Below are positions 12,948-24,393 of a stretch of DNA of 64,000 nucleotides, in pieces. The position numbers were made by a program, and so were the translations under genes. Source of the stretch: Caldisericia bacterium (GTDB lineage Bacteria; Caldisericota; Caldisericia; UBA6126); NCBI GenBank assembly GCA_040767255.1, contig JAXGOZ010000003.1, forward strand, positions 1 through 64,000, written 5' to 3'. Within the stretch, counting starts at the first letter, position 1, and every line of letters starts with the position of its first letter. The notes beneath the pieces are model-generated. The model ran no database searches. It worked only from the letters and a program-made list of their open reading frames with translations, and was not told the origin of the DNA.

Positions 12948-14001
12948 TTATCTGTATGTAATTCTTGGATCAAGAAATGCATAGGAAATATCTGCAACCA
13001 AGGTAAACGTTACAGTTAGAAAAGATAAGAACATCAAGTCCATCATTGCAAGATTATAATCTTTTTGAAGTACTGCATCGTATACCATTTTTCCAACCCC
13101 TGGCCATCCAAAGATCTGCTCAACAATAAGCGATCCTGCAAAAAGTGTTGGTATGGATTGAATTAAAATTGTAGCGATAGGAATCATTGCATTACGAAGC
13201 GCGTGACTATAGATAACTTTTTTCTCAATAACACCCTTGGCCCTGGCAGTTCGAACATAGTCTTGTCGGATTACTTCCAAAAGAGCTGACCTAGTATATC
13301 TCATCAAGCCTGCGAGAGACAGCAGGGACACCGTAAGCACAGGCAAAATTAAGTGCATAATCCGGTCTCCTAGTTTTACAAACCACGGAGCTTGTGCATA
13401 GGGCATAGTCTGCCCCCCATACGTGACAATATCGGAATACATCCCTGTAAAGGGTAATCCTGCGCCAATGCCAAGCCATAAAATCAATACCAGTCCCACC
13501 CAAAACGTTGGGAGTGAGACACCAGTAAAAGCAAAAAAGGTTAGGATGTAGTCCCATGTAGAATATTGATGGACAGCAGAAAAAATTCCTAATGGAATGG
13601 CCACAAAGATAATGATCAAAAGAACAACTGCTTGCATATACATGGTATTCGGAATTCTACCCATGACTAAGGGAAAAACGTTTTCTTTGTAATCTGGAGA
13701 TGCCGAAATCTCCTTTTAATGCATTTCTAAACCAATAACCATATCGGATCATCTGTGGGTTGTCCAAACCCTGCTGTCGTTTATATATATCAATTTGCTG
13801 CTGCGTTATGTGCGGATCCATTGATTTAATAATATCGATTGGATCGGACATCGCATTTAGAGAAACAAAAGCAAGAAATGATATGATCAGCAAGATAAAC
13901 AGCCTTTGTATCATTTGTCTACTACATATTGCCATATAGTATACCGCCTTCCAAATACATATTTGCAATCCAATTGCAATAACTGTTATTCCATAGAGCA
14001 T
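12948..14001 (-). CDS. oppB: ABC transporter permease, OppB/DppB family, with one frameshift near 13690
   Basis: The N-terminal ORF (13657..14001, …NALKGDFGIS) and the C-terminal ORF (12948..13664) join as GDFGIS(R)YKENVFPLVMGRIPNTM if one T is removed from a GATTAC run. This matches the OppB region GDFG.S…RPV…ERLP.T. Confidence 0.8.
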
Positions 14002-14046
14002 TTAGATCACTCTATAGAGGTGAATTCGCTATGTAAACATATTAAA

Positions 14047-14930
14047 CTATATAAACAAAGTTTCCAATGCAACTACACTTTCACTAGTTGCACTTCTCGC
14101 TCTAGTTGAATAGTTGTCTCTTTGAAACACAATTTTTTCAATTTCTTGGTAAAGTCCAAACTTCTTTACATGTTGCTTTGCCCATATTAATCACAAAATT
14201 TGCATGAATCTCCGATATCTTTATATTCCTTTTTTGATATCCTTTAAGCCCTAAATCCTCCAGTATTTTTCCTGTGGATTGGTTGGGGGAGTTCTTCAAA
14301 AACACCCTGCACTCTTGGAATGAAGGGGTTGTGAAATACTTCGTTTTGCAGATACATTTGTAATTGTTTTTTCTTTTCGACATCTCCTCGATCCAGAACA
14401 AATTCTGCAGATAACACACACCAGGCATTCTTAAGAAAAAGACTACTTCGATAGGCAAAAAAATCTTTTAGTGCAGGAGAATATACTTTTTGTACAATAT
14501 TTCCGTCGAAATATGTCACTGAGTGTAGAAGCTGGTCCATTCTCCCTCGGTTAGTACCTGCATTCATAGCAATACGGCCCCAATGGAACCAGGGATACCT
14601 GCCATGAAAGAAAATCCAGTGATTGTTTTTGAAGAAACCACAAGATGGCCTTTTGCATGGATACCAGCTTGTGCATGTACCACAGAATCTTGTTCTTTCA
14701 TCGCATGGAAATATGATTTGGTATCAATCACTACCAGGATACTCTTCATCTGGGAATAAAATATTTGATCCATAACCAATAATGATATACGGCGTCCTAG
14801 TATCTTTGCAAAGTTGTATTGTACGTACAATATCTTCAGCAATACGGGGTTTTAGTAAAATTTGAGCGTAACCGCCAATGCCAAATGTGTTATAAGATTG
14901 TAATGATTCGTTGAAGAATATCGCCAGTAA
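14047..14930 (-). pseudogene. murB: UDP-N-acetylenolpyruvoylglucosamine reductase MurB, broken by at least four frameshifts
   Basis: MurB motifs appear in successive frames: SLQSYNTFGIGGYAQILLKP (N-terminus), SNI…TKSYFHAMKEQD…GFSFMAGIPGSIGAVL, MNAGTNRGRM…, KILEDLGLKGYQKRNIKISEIHANFVINMGKATCKEV, and the C-terminus YQEIEKIVFQR…ending near 14047. There is no intact ORF. Confidence 0.75.
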
Positions 14931-16317
14931 AGAAAGAAAAGTCTAGATCAAGACTCCTCATATCTGAAAATCCTGGTACAGTTTCCATACATCCTGGTCC
15001 CAGCGTAACAATGACAGTATTGGGGATTAAATAGGAATAGAGAAGAGAAGAGGCTTCTTCTAGAGAAGTTGTGCATAAAATTTTTCCAGAGTGTTTACTG
15101 TGAAGTGCATGAAATAAATCGACTTCATTTTTCCGATTTTTTTGTTTTTCACCCGCTCCGTACACTGGTAAAACTACCACTTCATCGGCTAATAAGAGAG
15201 ACTGTACATACTGCGAGAATAAATTTTCCAATCGGGAATACCGATGGGGTTGTATAAAAACAACCAACCGGTGAGAAGGAAAATATGTTTTAGCATCTTT
15301 TAGCACATGTTGAATAACCTCTGGGCTATCTCCTTCGTCATCAATTAACAAAGCTTTTGAATCGGTTGGAATAAACTGAAAACGTCGGTCTATGATAGGA
15401 AGAGCAGAAAATAGTTCAGGAGGATTGGGAATACGCCCAACAATATCCTCAACCAGTGCAAATGACAATACTGCGTCAATCACATTTCGATAAGAGGGCA
15501 TAGGTATTTCTGCTCTAAAAGAAGAATGTCGACCTTTCACCTGAAAAGAAGTTCGGAGAAGGGAGCCATCAAAGTAAGTATGCAACTCGGTAATATGGTA
15601 ATTGCTGCCCTGGTCTCCACAAGTTATCCAGGAATCACTTACAAATGTTGAATCTAACGAATCTTTCACATCTTTGGGTAAAATGACATTCTGGCGAGTA
15701 TTCTGCAGAATTCCGTATAGTGCTTTTTTCAACTCATTGTAATCATTGTTGTAGTTTGTTAGGTGATCATTTCCAATGTTGGTTAATATTGTATAGGCAG
15801 GAGAAAACTCTAAGAAGCTAGGCTGCGATTCATCGGTTTCTAAAATGAAATAGTCGCTGCTAGCATATCTTGCACAGGGATACTTCATCATATCTGCACC
15901 AATTAACCAAGAAGGTCGAAGGCCACAATTCTCAGAGATACTGGATAAAAAAGTTGTTGTGGTACTCTTTCCATAGCTACCCGTAACAGCTAGAAGTTGC
16001 TTATCTGCTACAATATTCTGCAAAGCTTTGATTCGATGTATACGAGGGATATGAAGCTTTTCAGCTTCTACTAATTCAGGATTATCCAAGGGAATAGCAG
16101 CAGAATAAACAAGAGACTGAATATGGGAATGGATATTTTCAACACTTTGTTGATAGTGCACTTGAATTCCATGCTTCTGTAAAATTGAAGCCATTCTAAA
16201 TGGTTGAAGATCGGATCCTTCTACGCGATCTCCTCTGGCTGCATAATACAAAGCCAATGGTGTCATGCCTACTCCACCAATGCCCGTCATGTAAATGTGG
16301 CTAGGGTTAGGCAACAA
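14890..16317 (-). CDS. murC: UDP-N-acetylmuramate--L-alanine ligase
   Basis: 475-aa Mur ligase with N-terminal GIGGVGM…GSDL and central VTGSYGKSTTT; matches the MurC layout. Confidence 0.85.
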   Translation of the reverse strand: MLPNPSHIYMTGIGGVGMTPLALYYAARGDRVEGSDLQPFRMASILQKHGIQVHYQQSVENIHSHIQSLVYSAAIPLDNPELVEAEKLHIPRIHRIKALQNIVADKQLLAVTGSYGKSTTTTFLSSISENCGLRPSWLIGADMMKYPCARYASSDYFILETDESQPSFLEFSPAYTILTNIGNDHLTNYNNDYNELKKALYGILQNTRQNVILPKDVKDSLDSTFVSDSWITCGDQGSNYHITELHTYFDGSLLRTSFQVKGRHSSFRAEIPMPSYRNVIDAVLSFALVEDIVGRIPNPPELFSALPIIDRRFQFIPTDSKALLIDDEGDSPEVIQHVLKDAKTYFPSHRLVVFIQPHRYSRLENLFSQYVQSLLLADEVVVLPVYGAGEKQKNRKNEVDLFHALHSKHSGKILCTTSLEEASSLLYSYLIPNTVIVTLGPGCMETVPGFSDMRSLDLDFSFFTGDILQRIITIL

Positions 16318-17467
16318 GTGGAAGCTCCTCTTTTTTTTCCTTTTTCACAGGCAATCTGGCAGCGACATTTAATACAACTCCGATTTCAAAGAGATTAAGA
16401 ATCAAAGCACTTCCGCCTTTGCTAATGAATGGTAAAGGAATTCCCGTAGGAAGAAAAATTGCTAAAGTAACCGCTACATGAAGCAATGCTTGAAACAAAA
16501 GATGAAATGCAATTCCGGCTACAACAACAGAACAAAAATGACTTTTCACCATTCTTGCTACTTGTAACATGTAATAGAAAAGTAAAAAATAGAGAAACAG
16601 AAGCAAGCATCCGAATAACAAACCAAACTCTTCGCATATGATCGCAAAAATAAAATCTGTAGAAGAAAAAGCTAAATTGATAAATTTTTGAGAACTTCTC
16701 ATATATCCTTGGCCTATCCAACCACCCCTGACTACGGCACGTAATCCTTGACGAATTTGGTATGCATCAGGACTAACAAAAACCTCTTGAACAATGCTTA
16801 ACCGACGTTGTAATCGAGGAACTTTTGACATCACAAAATAAAAGACGACAGAAACAGATATGGAACCAAAAAAACCTAAAATTAATGGAAATCCTCCAAA
16901 AATCATGGTAACAACACCAATAGCACCAAAAACAACTGCAGCAGATACATTGGGTTCAATGGCAATCAGTCCTGCTCCAACAATAACCATCACTAAAGGT
17001 TTAAAATGGTCTTTTAAAACTAATCTCTTTTTAAAAGCTGAGTAGTAGGATGCAATGTAAAAAACAATAGATACTTTTGCGATTTCTGAGGGTTGAACAG
17101 TAAACCCCCCAGGAACATAAAGCCATCGCCTTGCTTCTTCTCCAATCTCGTTTGTAATTGGGGCGTGATATACAAGAACTAAAACTAGCAGTGCCAAAGA
17201 AGCGATATAAAAAACGGTTGAAAACTTTTTGAGAATACCTTGCGATACTTTTCGCACGACGAGGAGTATAAAAAACCCGATGACAAGATAAGCAAATTGT
17301 TGCAACATACCAAAAAAAGGATTTCCTCGTCCTCCATCATTGAAATAGTGAATAGAAGTTGTTGAAAAGGACATAAGCAAGCCAATTAGACACAATAATA
17401 TGGTTATGGTAAGAATATTTGCATGTAATTTGCTTGAAGAGGTCATTGTTGGTTTAGTGTGCGCCAA
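16307..17467 (-). CDS. ftsW: FtsW/SpoVE family SEDS protein (lipid II flippase / PG polymerase)
   Basis: 386 aa, polytopic, FtsW/RodA signature, placed within the dcw cluster. Confidence 0.85.
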   Translation of the reverse strand: MAHTKPTMTSSSKLHANILTITILLCLIGLLMSFSTTSIHYFNDGGRGNPFFGMLQQFAYLVIGFFILLVVRKVSQGILKKFSTVFYIASLALLVLVLVYHAPITNEIGEEARRWLYVPGGFTVQPSEIAKVSIVFYIASYYSAFKKRLVLKDHFKPLVMVIVGAGLIAIEPNVSAAVVFGAIGVVTMIFGGFPLILGFFGSISVSVVFYFVMSKVPRLQRRLSIVQEVFVSPDAYQIRQGLRAVVRGGWIGQGYMRSSQKFINLAFSSTDFIFAIICEEFGLLFGCLLLFLYFLLFYYMLQVARMVKSHFCSVVVAGIAFHLLFQALLHVAVTLAIFLPTGIPLPFISKGGSALILNLFEIGVVLNVAARLPVKKEKKEELPLVA

Positions 17468-18837
17468 ATCATTTTTTTAAACATGTTTCCTCTTTCTTCA
17501 AAGTTGGCAAATTCATCAAAACTAGCACATCCTGGAGAAAGTAGAATAAACTCATTTGGTTTTGTTTTTTTAAGTGCTTCGAAAAAGGCACTTTTAAACG
17601 TGGGGGTTACTTTGTAATTCTTAAATCCGACTTCTTCTAAAGCAGCTCGGATTTTCTTTCTTGTTTTTCCGTACACAATAACAACTTTTATATAGGGATG
17701 AGTAGATATTCGCTTGGCTAACTCATAAAAATCGCTTTCTTTGTCACTTCCTCCAAGAAGTAGAACAAAAGGTTCATTCATACAATGAATTGCAACAATT
17801 GTGGTAGAGGGTTTCGTAGACTTTGAGTCATTGATAAAGCCAATCCCATTATATCGTCCAACCCATTCAAATCGATGGGGAAGACCTTGAAAAGTCCGTA
17901 ATGCTTTTTGACATAAATCAACAGAAAACGAGTCTCGCAGGAAAAGGTAAGATGCCAAAATGCTTACAATGGCATTTTGTTTGTTATGTATCCCTTTCAA
18001 TCTCATGTTGGCCAGAGATATACGGATTTCTTTACAACCAACAGATAAAACCGCCTCATCGGTATCGTGATTATACCAACAGCCCGGATTCATTTTTTTC
18101 TTCATAGAAAACAACATTTTTTTTGCTTTTCCAGTATTTAAGTTTGCAAGACATTCTTGATCTCCATTTAATATGGAGAAATCTTGCTCAGTTTGGTTTT
18201 CAAAAATACGGAGTTTTGCAGCGAAATATTCTTCCATGGTATTGTAGCGATTAAGGTGATCCTCTGAAAAATTCAGAAACACAGCGATATGAGGTGAAAA
18301 TTCTTGTATTGTTTCGAGCTGGAAAGAACTAACTTCCACAACTAATGTAGCTGCATTGGTTCTATGAACAATTTCAGAAATAGGAATACCAATATTACCA
18401 CATACATACACAGGCGCAATATGATACCGAAGAATATGGCCTGTAAGTTCGACGGTTGTACTTTTTCCTGAAGTCCCCGTAATAGCGACAAACTGAGATT
18501 CTGTGAATTGGTATGCCAATTCTATTTCTCCAATGATGGGTATGTGGTTTTCTTCTGCTTTGAGTAAGACTGGTATTCTCTTAGGAACAGCGGGAGAAAT
18601 GACGATCAGATCTTTATCTTCATACGTCCTTTCAGAATGGAATCCGAGTTCAAAATCCACTCCCATAGATTCAAGCCATATAATTGTCTCTGGATCGATG
18701 CTAGAAGAAGCCTCTGTTGCAAAAACTGATGCACCTTTGGATACTAGCAATTCAATAGCAGCTTTTCCGCTTTTTTTAAGGCCAAATACAGTGATCTTTT
18801 TGTCTTTAAGAACCAATGATTTTTTCATTGCCTTCAT
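17443..18837 (-). CDS. murD: UDP-N-acetylmuramoylalanine--D-glutamate ligase
   Basis: N-terminus KKITVFGLKKSGKAAIELL and the GTSGKSTT motif. 464 aa. Confidence 0.9.
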   Translation of the reverse strand: MKAMKKSLVLKDKKITVFGLKKSGKAAIELLVSKGASVFATEASSSIDPETIIWLESMGVDFELGFHSERTYEDKDLIVISPAVPKRIPVLLKAEENHIPIIGEIELAYQFTESQFVAITGTSGKSTTVELTGHILRYHIAPVYVCGNIGIPISEIVHRTNAATLVVEVSSFQLETIQEFSPHIAVFLNFSEDHLNRYNTMEEYFAAKLRIFENQTEQDFSILNGDQECLANLNTGKAKKMLFSMKKKMNPGCWYNHDTDEAVLSVGCKEIRISLANMRLKGIHNKQNAIVSILASYLFLRDSFSVDLCQKALRTFQGLPHRFEWVGRYNGIGFINDSKSTKPSTTIVAIHCMNEPFVLLLGGSDKESDFYELAKRISTHPYIKVVIVYGKTRKKIRAALEEVGFKNYKVTPTFKSAFFEALKKTKPNEFILLSPGCASFDEFANFEERGNMFKKMIWRTLNQQ

Positions 18838-18849
18838 TTTACGAAAAAG

Positions 18850-19799
18850 TTATAAAAAATAAATCGCACCCGCAAGGGCACATAGTACAATTTCAACGCT
18901 GGTAAATAAAACAACGATTTGCGTTTCTGACATCCCCTTTAATTCCAAATGATGATGAAAAGGAGACATTCGAAAAATGCGTCTACCTTCTCCAAATCTT
19001 TTCTTAGTATATTTAAACCAACTCACCTGAAGCATTACTGATAAAGCTTCCCAAACAAACAACAATCCGATTAAAAGAATATATAATTCCGTATGAGACA
19101 AAATAGCAAGAGAAACAATAGCTCCACCAATTGCAAAAGATCCCACATTTCCCATAAATACTCTTGCTGGATAGGCATTGAATATTGCAAAACCAAGCAG
19201 CGTTCCTGCTATGATAAGTGTGAATACTGCGCCAATAGTCTGTCCTTGTGACCATAAAACTACCGTGTAGAAGAAAAAGATTGGGATGGATACGCATGTT
19301 AAAAGGCCATCTATACCATCCGTCAAATTCACTGAATTTACAACTGCTAATATAAAAAACACTTCAAACAAAACCCAACCCAATGAGACAATAGTTAATG
19401 CTGAAAACGGGAAAAACCAGACTATCACGGGAATAGAAAAAAGGATCTGCAAGGCAATGTCTTCTCTGGCTTTTAATCCATAAGGGGATTGGAGTATTGT
19501 TTTGCGGTAATCATCTAAAAAACCTATTGTAGCGTACGCTAGAAGCAGATACAATGGAAGTAAATTTTGAGAAGTGGCATCTACTGCTATGATAACCACT
19601 CCATAAATCAGTGCTGTTACAAGGATAAAAAGGATTCCTCCCATTGTTGGGGTGCCAGTTTTAGCTAAATGATCTTTTGGACCTTCCTCTCGAACAAATT
19701 GACCGATCTGTTGTTTTTTTAAAAACTTTATCATGATTGGCATCAAAACTACCATTACCAAAAACTACCCGCAAAAATGATTACAAGTATCCAGTTCAT
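18850..19799 (-). CDS. mraY: phospho-N-acetylmuramoyl-pentapeptide transferase MraY, with an N-terminal frameshift at a T5 run near 19770
   Basis: The 303-aa ORF matches MraY (REEGPKDHLAKTGTPTMGG). The true start MNWILVIIFAGSF at 19799, with AGGAG RBS, sits in another frame and joins …FLVMVVLMPIMIKFLKK. Confidence 0.85.
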
Positions 19800-19808
19800 A
19801 AAATTCTC

Positions 19809-21152
19809 CTATGATTCTGTATCTGTTATCAATCGATCTACCAAAGTATGCAAACCAATGCCATTGGAAGCCTTGACAAGTATGGCAGTATCTTTCTGTA
19901 TCCAAGATCGTAATTGATCATACGCTTCGTTTATAGTAGTACAAATTGTGACTTTTTGGGCATCAGAAAACCCTGCTACAAAGGAATTTCCGTATTGTCC
20001 TACATGAAAATTTTCTTTGGGTTACAATTTTTCGCTATTTTACCTAATTCGATATGTTCTTGTTCTGCAATATGACCAAGTTCAAGCATATCTCCTAAAA
20101 TGAGTATTTTCGATGAAACAGGTAAAGACGCGAATGCTTCTAGCGACGCTTTCATGGATAATGGATTTGCATTGTAGGATTCATCAATACATAAACAGCT
20201 ATTATTCAGAGAAAAAGCTTTCCCTCTACCTTTTCCAGGTTCAAGCTGATTCAGTCTGTCTTGGATATCCTTTAAAGAGGTACTTGGGAACAATGTGAGT
20301 ACCATTGCAATAGATGCTACGCATTCAGAACATAGTGCTTTCCGAAACAAGGAATAGAAAAAGAATATTCTTTGGATTGCATAGTGAAATGAAAAATGGT
20401 TTCTGTACCCTTTATTTCAGAAATCGTAATAGGAATATCCATTGAAGGTGAAATCCGTACAAAGATACAAAAGGATAGTGTTTTTTAAGAATAGTCTCAA
20501 GTCCTTCCATGTGTCCATTTGCAAAGCAAGCTTCTTGGTTACTCACTTTATTAAATACCAATGCTTTCGCTTCCAATATCTGCTGTTTCGAAGAGAAAAA
20601 TTCAGTATGTGAGTTACCAATACCCGTCAGTATCGCGCCTTGTGCAGAATCAAACAAAGGTAACAATGTTTCAATTTCTCCAGGAGTAGGAGGCACTTAG
20701 TTCGCAAACAAGCCATTCAATATCTGGTGGAACATCTGTCAAGGCCACTGGAAGACCAATAGGGTATTGTAATTGCCAAAGGTAGTATGAGAAAATGGCA
20801 TCAATGTACCAAGAATTTGCTTGGTAGTCGTCTTTCCAGCAGAACCTGTTACCAATATGGAATGATATAATTTTGTTATTTCGGAGGCCAAATCGAGTAA
20901 AGCTTGCGAAGTGTTCTTCACTAGTAGGACAAAAACATCAGAAGGTACCGAATCAAGGTGAATAGATTCCTGACAAATCAGTCCTTTAGCGCCTTTTTCT
21001 ATAGCCTGATGAATGTATTCGTGGCCATCAACTCGTTGACCCTTCAAACAGACAAAAACATCTCCAGGATTAACTTTACGAGAATCAATGGCTAGGTGTA
21101 AAAAAAAGGAAACTGATCTTGTATGGTCGACTGTATAAGAGAGCCACAACAT
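19809..21152 (-). pseudogene. murF: UDP-N-acetylmuramoyl-tripeptide--D-alanyl-D-alanine ligase MurF, fragmented by at least three frameshifts
   Basis: Three ORF pieces cover the MurF N-terminus (IDSRKVNPGDVFVCLKGQRVDGHEY…VTGSAGKTTTK), middle (…ILTGIGNSHTEFF) and C-terminus (…IDESYNANPLSMKASLEAF…LILGDMLELG), and further C-terminal sequence runs to about 19809 in yet another frame. Confidence 0.75.
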
Positions 21153-21179
21153 AACGTGGTTATTTTTCCAACGGTGGTT

Positions 21180-22679
21180 TTAAACATGATTCTCCTTGTT
21201 GGCTACAATGTGTTGTGCAGTAGCAATATCGTCAAAAGCTTCGACACGCCCCTGAACTAAGAATTCTTTCTGATTTCCCCGACCCAAAATAGCAACCAAG
21301 GAATTCTCCGGGGCATTCTCTATGGCATATTCAATGGCGTTTCCTCGGTTTTCTAAAATAATGACTTTTTTTGCATCTGTACAAGATAAAGCAGACATAA
21401 AATGTCGAAATCCGTTTGTTGGCTCTTCGGTTTCGGGATCATCAAGGGTAAGGATTACTTTGTCTGAAAAAGAACATATCATTTGGCCAAGTTCTGCCCT
21501 AGCATCTTTTTCGCCTCCACCCACATTTCCAAATACTGTTATACATGCTGAGAAATTCATGGATTCAATCTCATGTTTGAAGTATTTTAATGCGAGAGGC
21601 ACATTTGCTTTATCGACAATAATAGTGAGGGGTAGAGTGGTATCAATCTTGTGCCATCTCCCTGGTATGTGATCTATACTCTGCAAAGCACTCTGGAGAG
21701 AACTTGTTGGAAAACCGAAATGTCTTCCTACAAGAAATGCTGCACCAAGGTTGTACATTTGGAATTCACCGTGCAACGTCGTGAGAAACGAAAAGGAGTT
21801 TTTCTGATCTTGTAATCGAAAATGGTTTCCATTGTTTACAGTGTTTTGTGACTCTCTATGCGCTAGGTAATCGGCACCTTGTTGCTGCGAAATTGTAACT
21901 AACATAGAAGAAGGAGGAAATTGCATTTGATCAAAAAGCTCTGCATCTTTGTTAACAACAGTGATTGCATTTTTGTTGGTCATGTAGAAGATTTTTTCTT
22001 TCGCTTGAATATAAGCAGAGAGAGTTTTGTGATAACCAGTGTGATGACAAGGTGATAAAGATGTTAAGACAACTGCATCAAACAATATCCCAAATAGGCG
22101 TTCTTGTGATAAACCGTGAGAACTAGCCTCAAGTACAGCATATTGGCATTTTTCTTTTACCCCTTGAGAAAGAATATAGTGTAGTTCTTTTGGATCAGGA
22201 GTAGTAACTGCACCTTTCATTGTATAGCTTATTTCCTGATTGTTGATATAGATACCACCCGTTCCTATCAAAACTACCCTTTGTCCTAAATTTTGTAACA
22301 TTTTATACAAAACATGAGCGCAGGTTGTTTTTCCAGAAGTGCCTGTTATGGCGATCATCTTTAATGATTGGGTTGGATTGTTGAACCATGATTGGGCAAG
22401 CAAGCTCCAGGCCTGGGGAGTAGAAAAAACACTCCAATAGGAGATTGTATCGGGTAATAAGGTAACATCATATTGATCGGATACAACTACTCCGATCGCT
22501 CCATTTTGTAGAGCTTGAGTGATAAAATGATGACCATCTTGTTCGGTCCCTGTTATAGCAACAAAAACATCACCAGGTTTTACGCTTCTGGAATCATTTT
22601 GAATATCGTGGATAACACAATCTTTTTGCACCCTTTTTTGATTCGAAAGAAGTATTGCGTCAAGACTACTCAAAAGCAT
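21180..22679 (-). CDS. murE: UDP-N-acetylmuramoyl-L-alanyl-D-glutamate--2,6-diaminopimelate (or L-Lys) ligase
   Basis: IDSRSVKPGDVFVAITG…ITGTSGKTT is the MurE layout. The track ORF (to 22778) probably over-extends; preferred start is MLLSSLDAILL at 22679, overlapping the PBP stop. Confidence 0.85.
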   Translation of the reverse strand: MLLSSLDAILLSNQKRVQKDCVIHDIQNDSRSVKPGDVFVAITGTEQDGHHFITQALQNGAIGVVVSDQYDVTLLPDTISYWSVFSTPQAWSLLAQSWFNNPTQSLKMIAITGTSGKTTCAHVLYKMLQNLGQRVVLIGTGGIYINNQEISYTMKGAVTTPDPKELHYILSQGVKEKCQYAVLEASSHGLSQERLFGILFDAVVLTSLSPCHHTGYHKTLSAYIQAKEKIFYMTNKNAITVVNKDAELFDQMQFPPSSMLVTISQQQGADYLAHRESQNTVNNGNHFRLQDQKNSFSFLTTLHGEFQMYNLGAAFLVGRHFGFPTSSLQSALQSIDHIPGRWHKIDTTLPLTIIVDKANVPLALKYFKHEIESMNFSACITVFGNVGGGEKDARAELGQMICSFSDKVILTLDDPETEEPTNGFRHFMSALSCTDAKKVIILENRGNAIEYAIENAPENSLVAILGRGNQKEFLVQGRVEAFDDIATAQHIVANKENHV

Positions 22680-24393
22680 TGGATTGATCCTCAATACGAA
22701 GAATCCACTGTGCAATATCTCTGAATGCAGGTGCAGCAATTGTTGAACCGTATGCATTGTAACTCGGAGAAGGTTCATCGATGGAAACTAAAATCAGATA
22801 TTGAGGATTGTCCGTAGGGAAAAAACCAACAAAAGAACAAATCAACTGATCATCCTGATATCGACCGTCGACACTTTTCTTTGCTGTGCCTGTTTTCCCA
22901 CCAATCGGAACCCCTGGTATTTTGGCTTGGGTACATCCATAGGGATCTTGCACTACATTCTGCAAAACCGTAATCATTTCTGAGGATGTTTCTTCTGAAA
23001 TCACTTTTTTCAGAATTTGTTTCTCGAAAGTTTGAATCGGCTTTCCAGTATAGTCTTGAATTTCTTTCACCAAAAGTGGTTTGTAGTAATTTCCACCATT
23101 GATAATAGCTGCATATGCACTGATCATTTGAATTGGCGTAACCGATATAGAAGTACCAAAAGAAATGTTTGCTGCTTCAAGATCTGAATACCATTCTCTG
23201 CTTGGTAAAATGCCCGTGCCTTGTTCTGTAAGTTCAATGGGTAAAGAAGAGCCGAAATAAAACCTTTCAACAAAATCAAGTAAATGAATACCCATTTTTT
23301 GTCCGATCTGTGCAAAAACACAGTTGCAGGAATTCCTTACATATTTTGCTAATTGTTGAGCTCCATGAGGAATGATACATTGAATGGGCTTGTTCTCTAT
23401 CCAAATTTGTCCTTCGCAGGTATATGAATCTTCGGGTGTAATAAATCCTAAATCGAGAGCAGCAGAAGCGGTGATGGATTTAAAAACAGAACCTGGTTCA
23501 TAATTCATCGCTAATGCCCGGTTTGAGTACTGCACATCCTGAATGTACTTTTGTCCATCATTCAGATCAAAAGTTGGGTAAGATGCCATTGCAATCATTT
23601 CTCCATTTTGCGGATTCATTACGATTGCTACACCACCTTTTGCATTGGACTTTTCAACATGAAGCTGTAAGATTGATTCAACTTTCGACTGAACCTTCTC
23701 ATCAATCGTTAAAACAAGATTTTTACCATGATCTGGAACTTGTAGTATTTCTTCTGAACCGGGTACCTTGTTACCACTAAAAGTTCGGTTGTAAATTTTA
23801 TTCCCTGGAATTCCCGATAACAATTCATTATATGCGTATTCAATACCACTAAGCCCAATGTTATCCAAGCCAACAAAACCAATTAGAGGAGCAGCAGTAT
23901 AACGTTTGGGGTATTCTCGCATTTGATCATCTTCAAATTCGTAATTACAAATTTGTGTATCTTTCACCAATTTTAGTATTCGTTCTTTCTGGCTTTCAGA
24001 TAGCTTTCTAGCTATATCAACACACATCGTATTAGGGTCTTTCGTCAATTCATTGTATTGTTTCATTAACTCTTGTTCATCCATGTTCAAAATAGGTGCA
24101 ATCTGGTTCATGAACAATTCAGGATTTTCCATTTGATGAACGTTACATTGAAGGGTGTATGCTTCTTTGCTTTGTGCTAATATTTTTCCATTTCGATCAA
24201 GAATTTTCCCTCTCATCGCCAATATCGTATCTGGAGTACTAGACCGATACGTTTTCAGCGCAGCTACTCGCTGGTCAAAAAATCCTCTCCAGAAAAGACA
24301 GCCGCAAACAAATAAGAGAAGGAGAAACATTATGAATCCAAAAAACTGTATGCTTACTATACGGTATTTTTTTCTTTTACTCCGAAAAGTCAA
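22666..24393 (-). CDS. class B penicillin-binding protein (FtsI/PBP2B/SpoVD-like transpeptidase)
   Basis: 575 aa: N-terminal TM, PBP dimerisation domain, transpeptidase (SxxK…SxN…KTG(T/S)). Sits between ftsL and murE. Confidence 0.85.
   Translation of the reverse strand: MTFRSKRKKYRIVSIQFFGFIMFLLLLFVCGCLFWRGFFDQRVAALKTYRSSTPDTILAMRGKILDRNGKILAQSKEAYTLQCNVHQMENPELFMNQIAPILNMDEQELMKQYNELTKDPNTMCVDIARKLSESQKERILKLVKDTQICNYEFEDDQMREYPKRYTAAPLIGFVGLDNIGLSGIEYAYNELLSGIPGNKIYNRTFSGNKVPGSEEILQVPDHGKNLVLTIDEKVQSKVESILQLHVEKSNAKGGVAIVMNPQNGEMIAMASYPTFDLNDGQKYIQDVQYSNRALAMNYEPGSVFKSITASAALDLGFITPEDSYTCEGQIWIENKPIQCIIPHGAQQLAKYVRNSCNCVFAQIGQKMGIHLLDFVERFYFGSSLPIELTEQGTGILPSREWYSDLEAANISFGTSISVTPIQMISAYAAIINGGNYYKPLLVKEIQDYTGKPIQTFEKQILKKVISEETSSEMITVLQNVVQDPYGCTQAKIPGVPIGGKTGTAKKSVDGRYQDDQLICSFVGFFPTDNPQYLILVSIDEPSPSYNAYGSTIAAPAFRDIAQWILRIEDQSNAFE

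Noticed and set aside
13906-14109. 67-aa plus-strand ORF
   Set aside because: It lies inside the murB C-terminal remnant on the opposite strand and is low complexity. Spurious.
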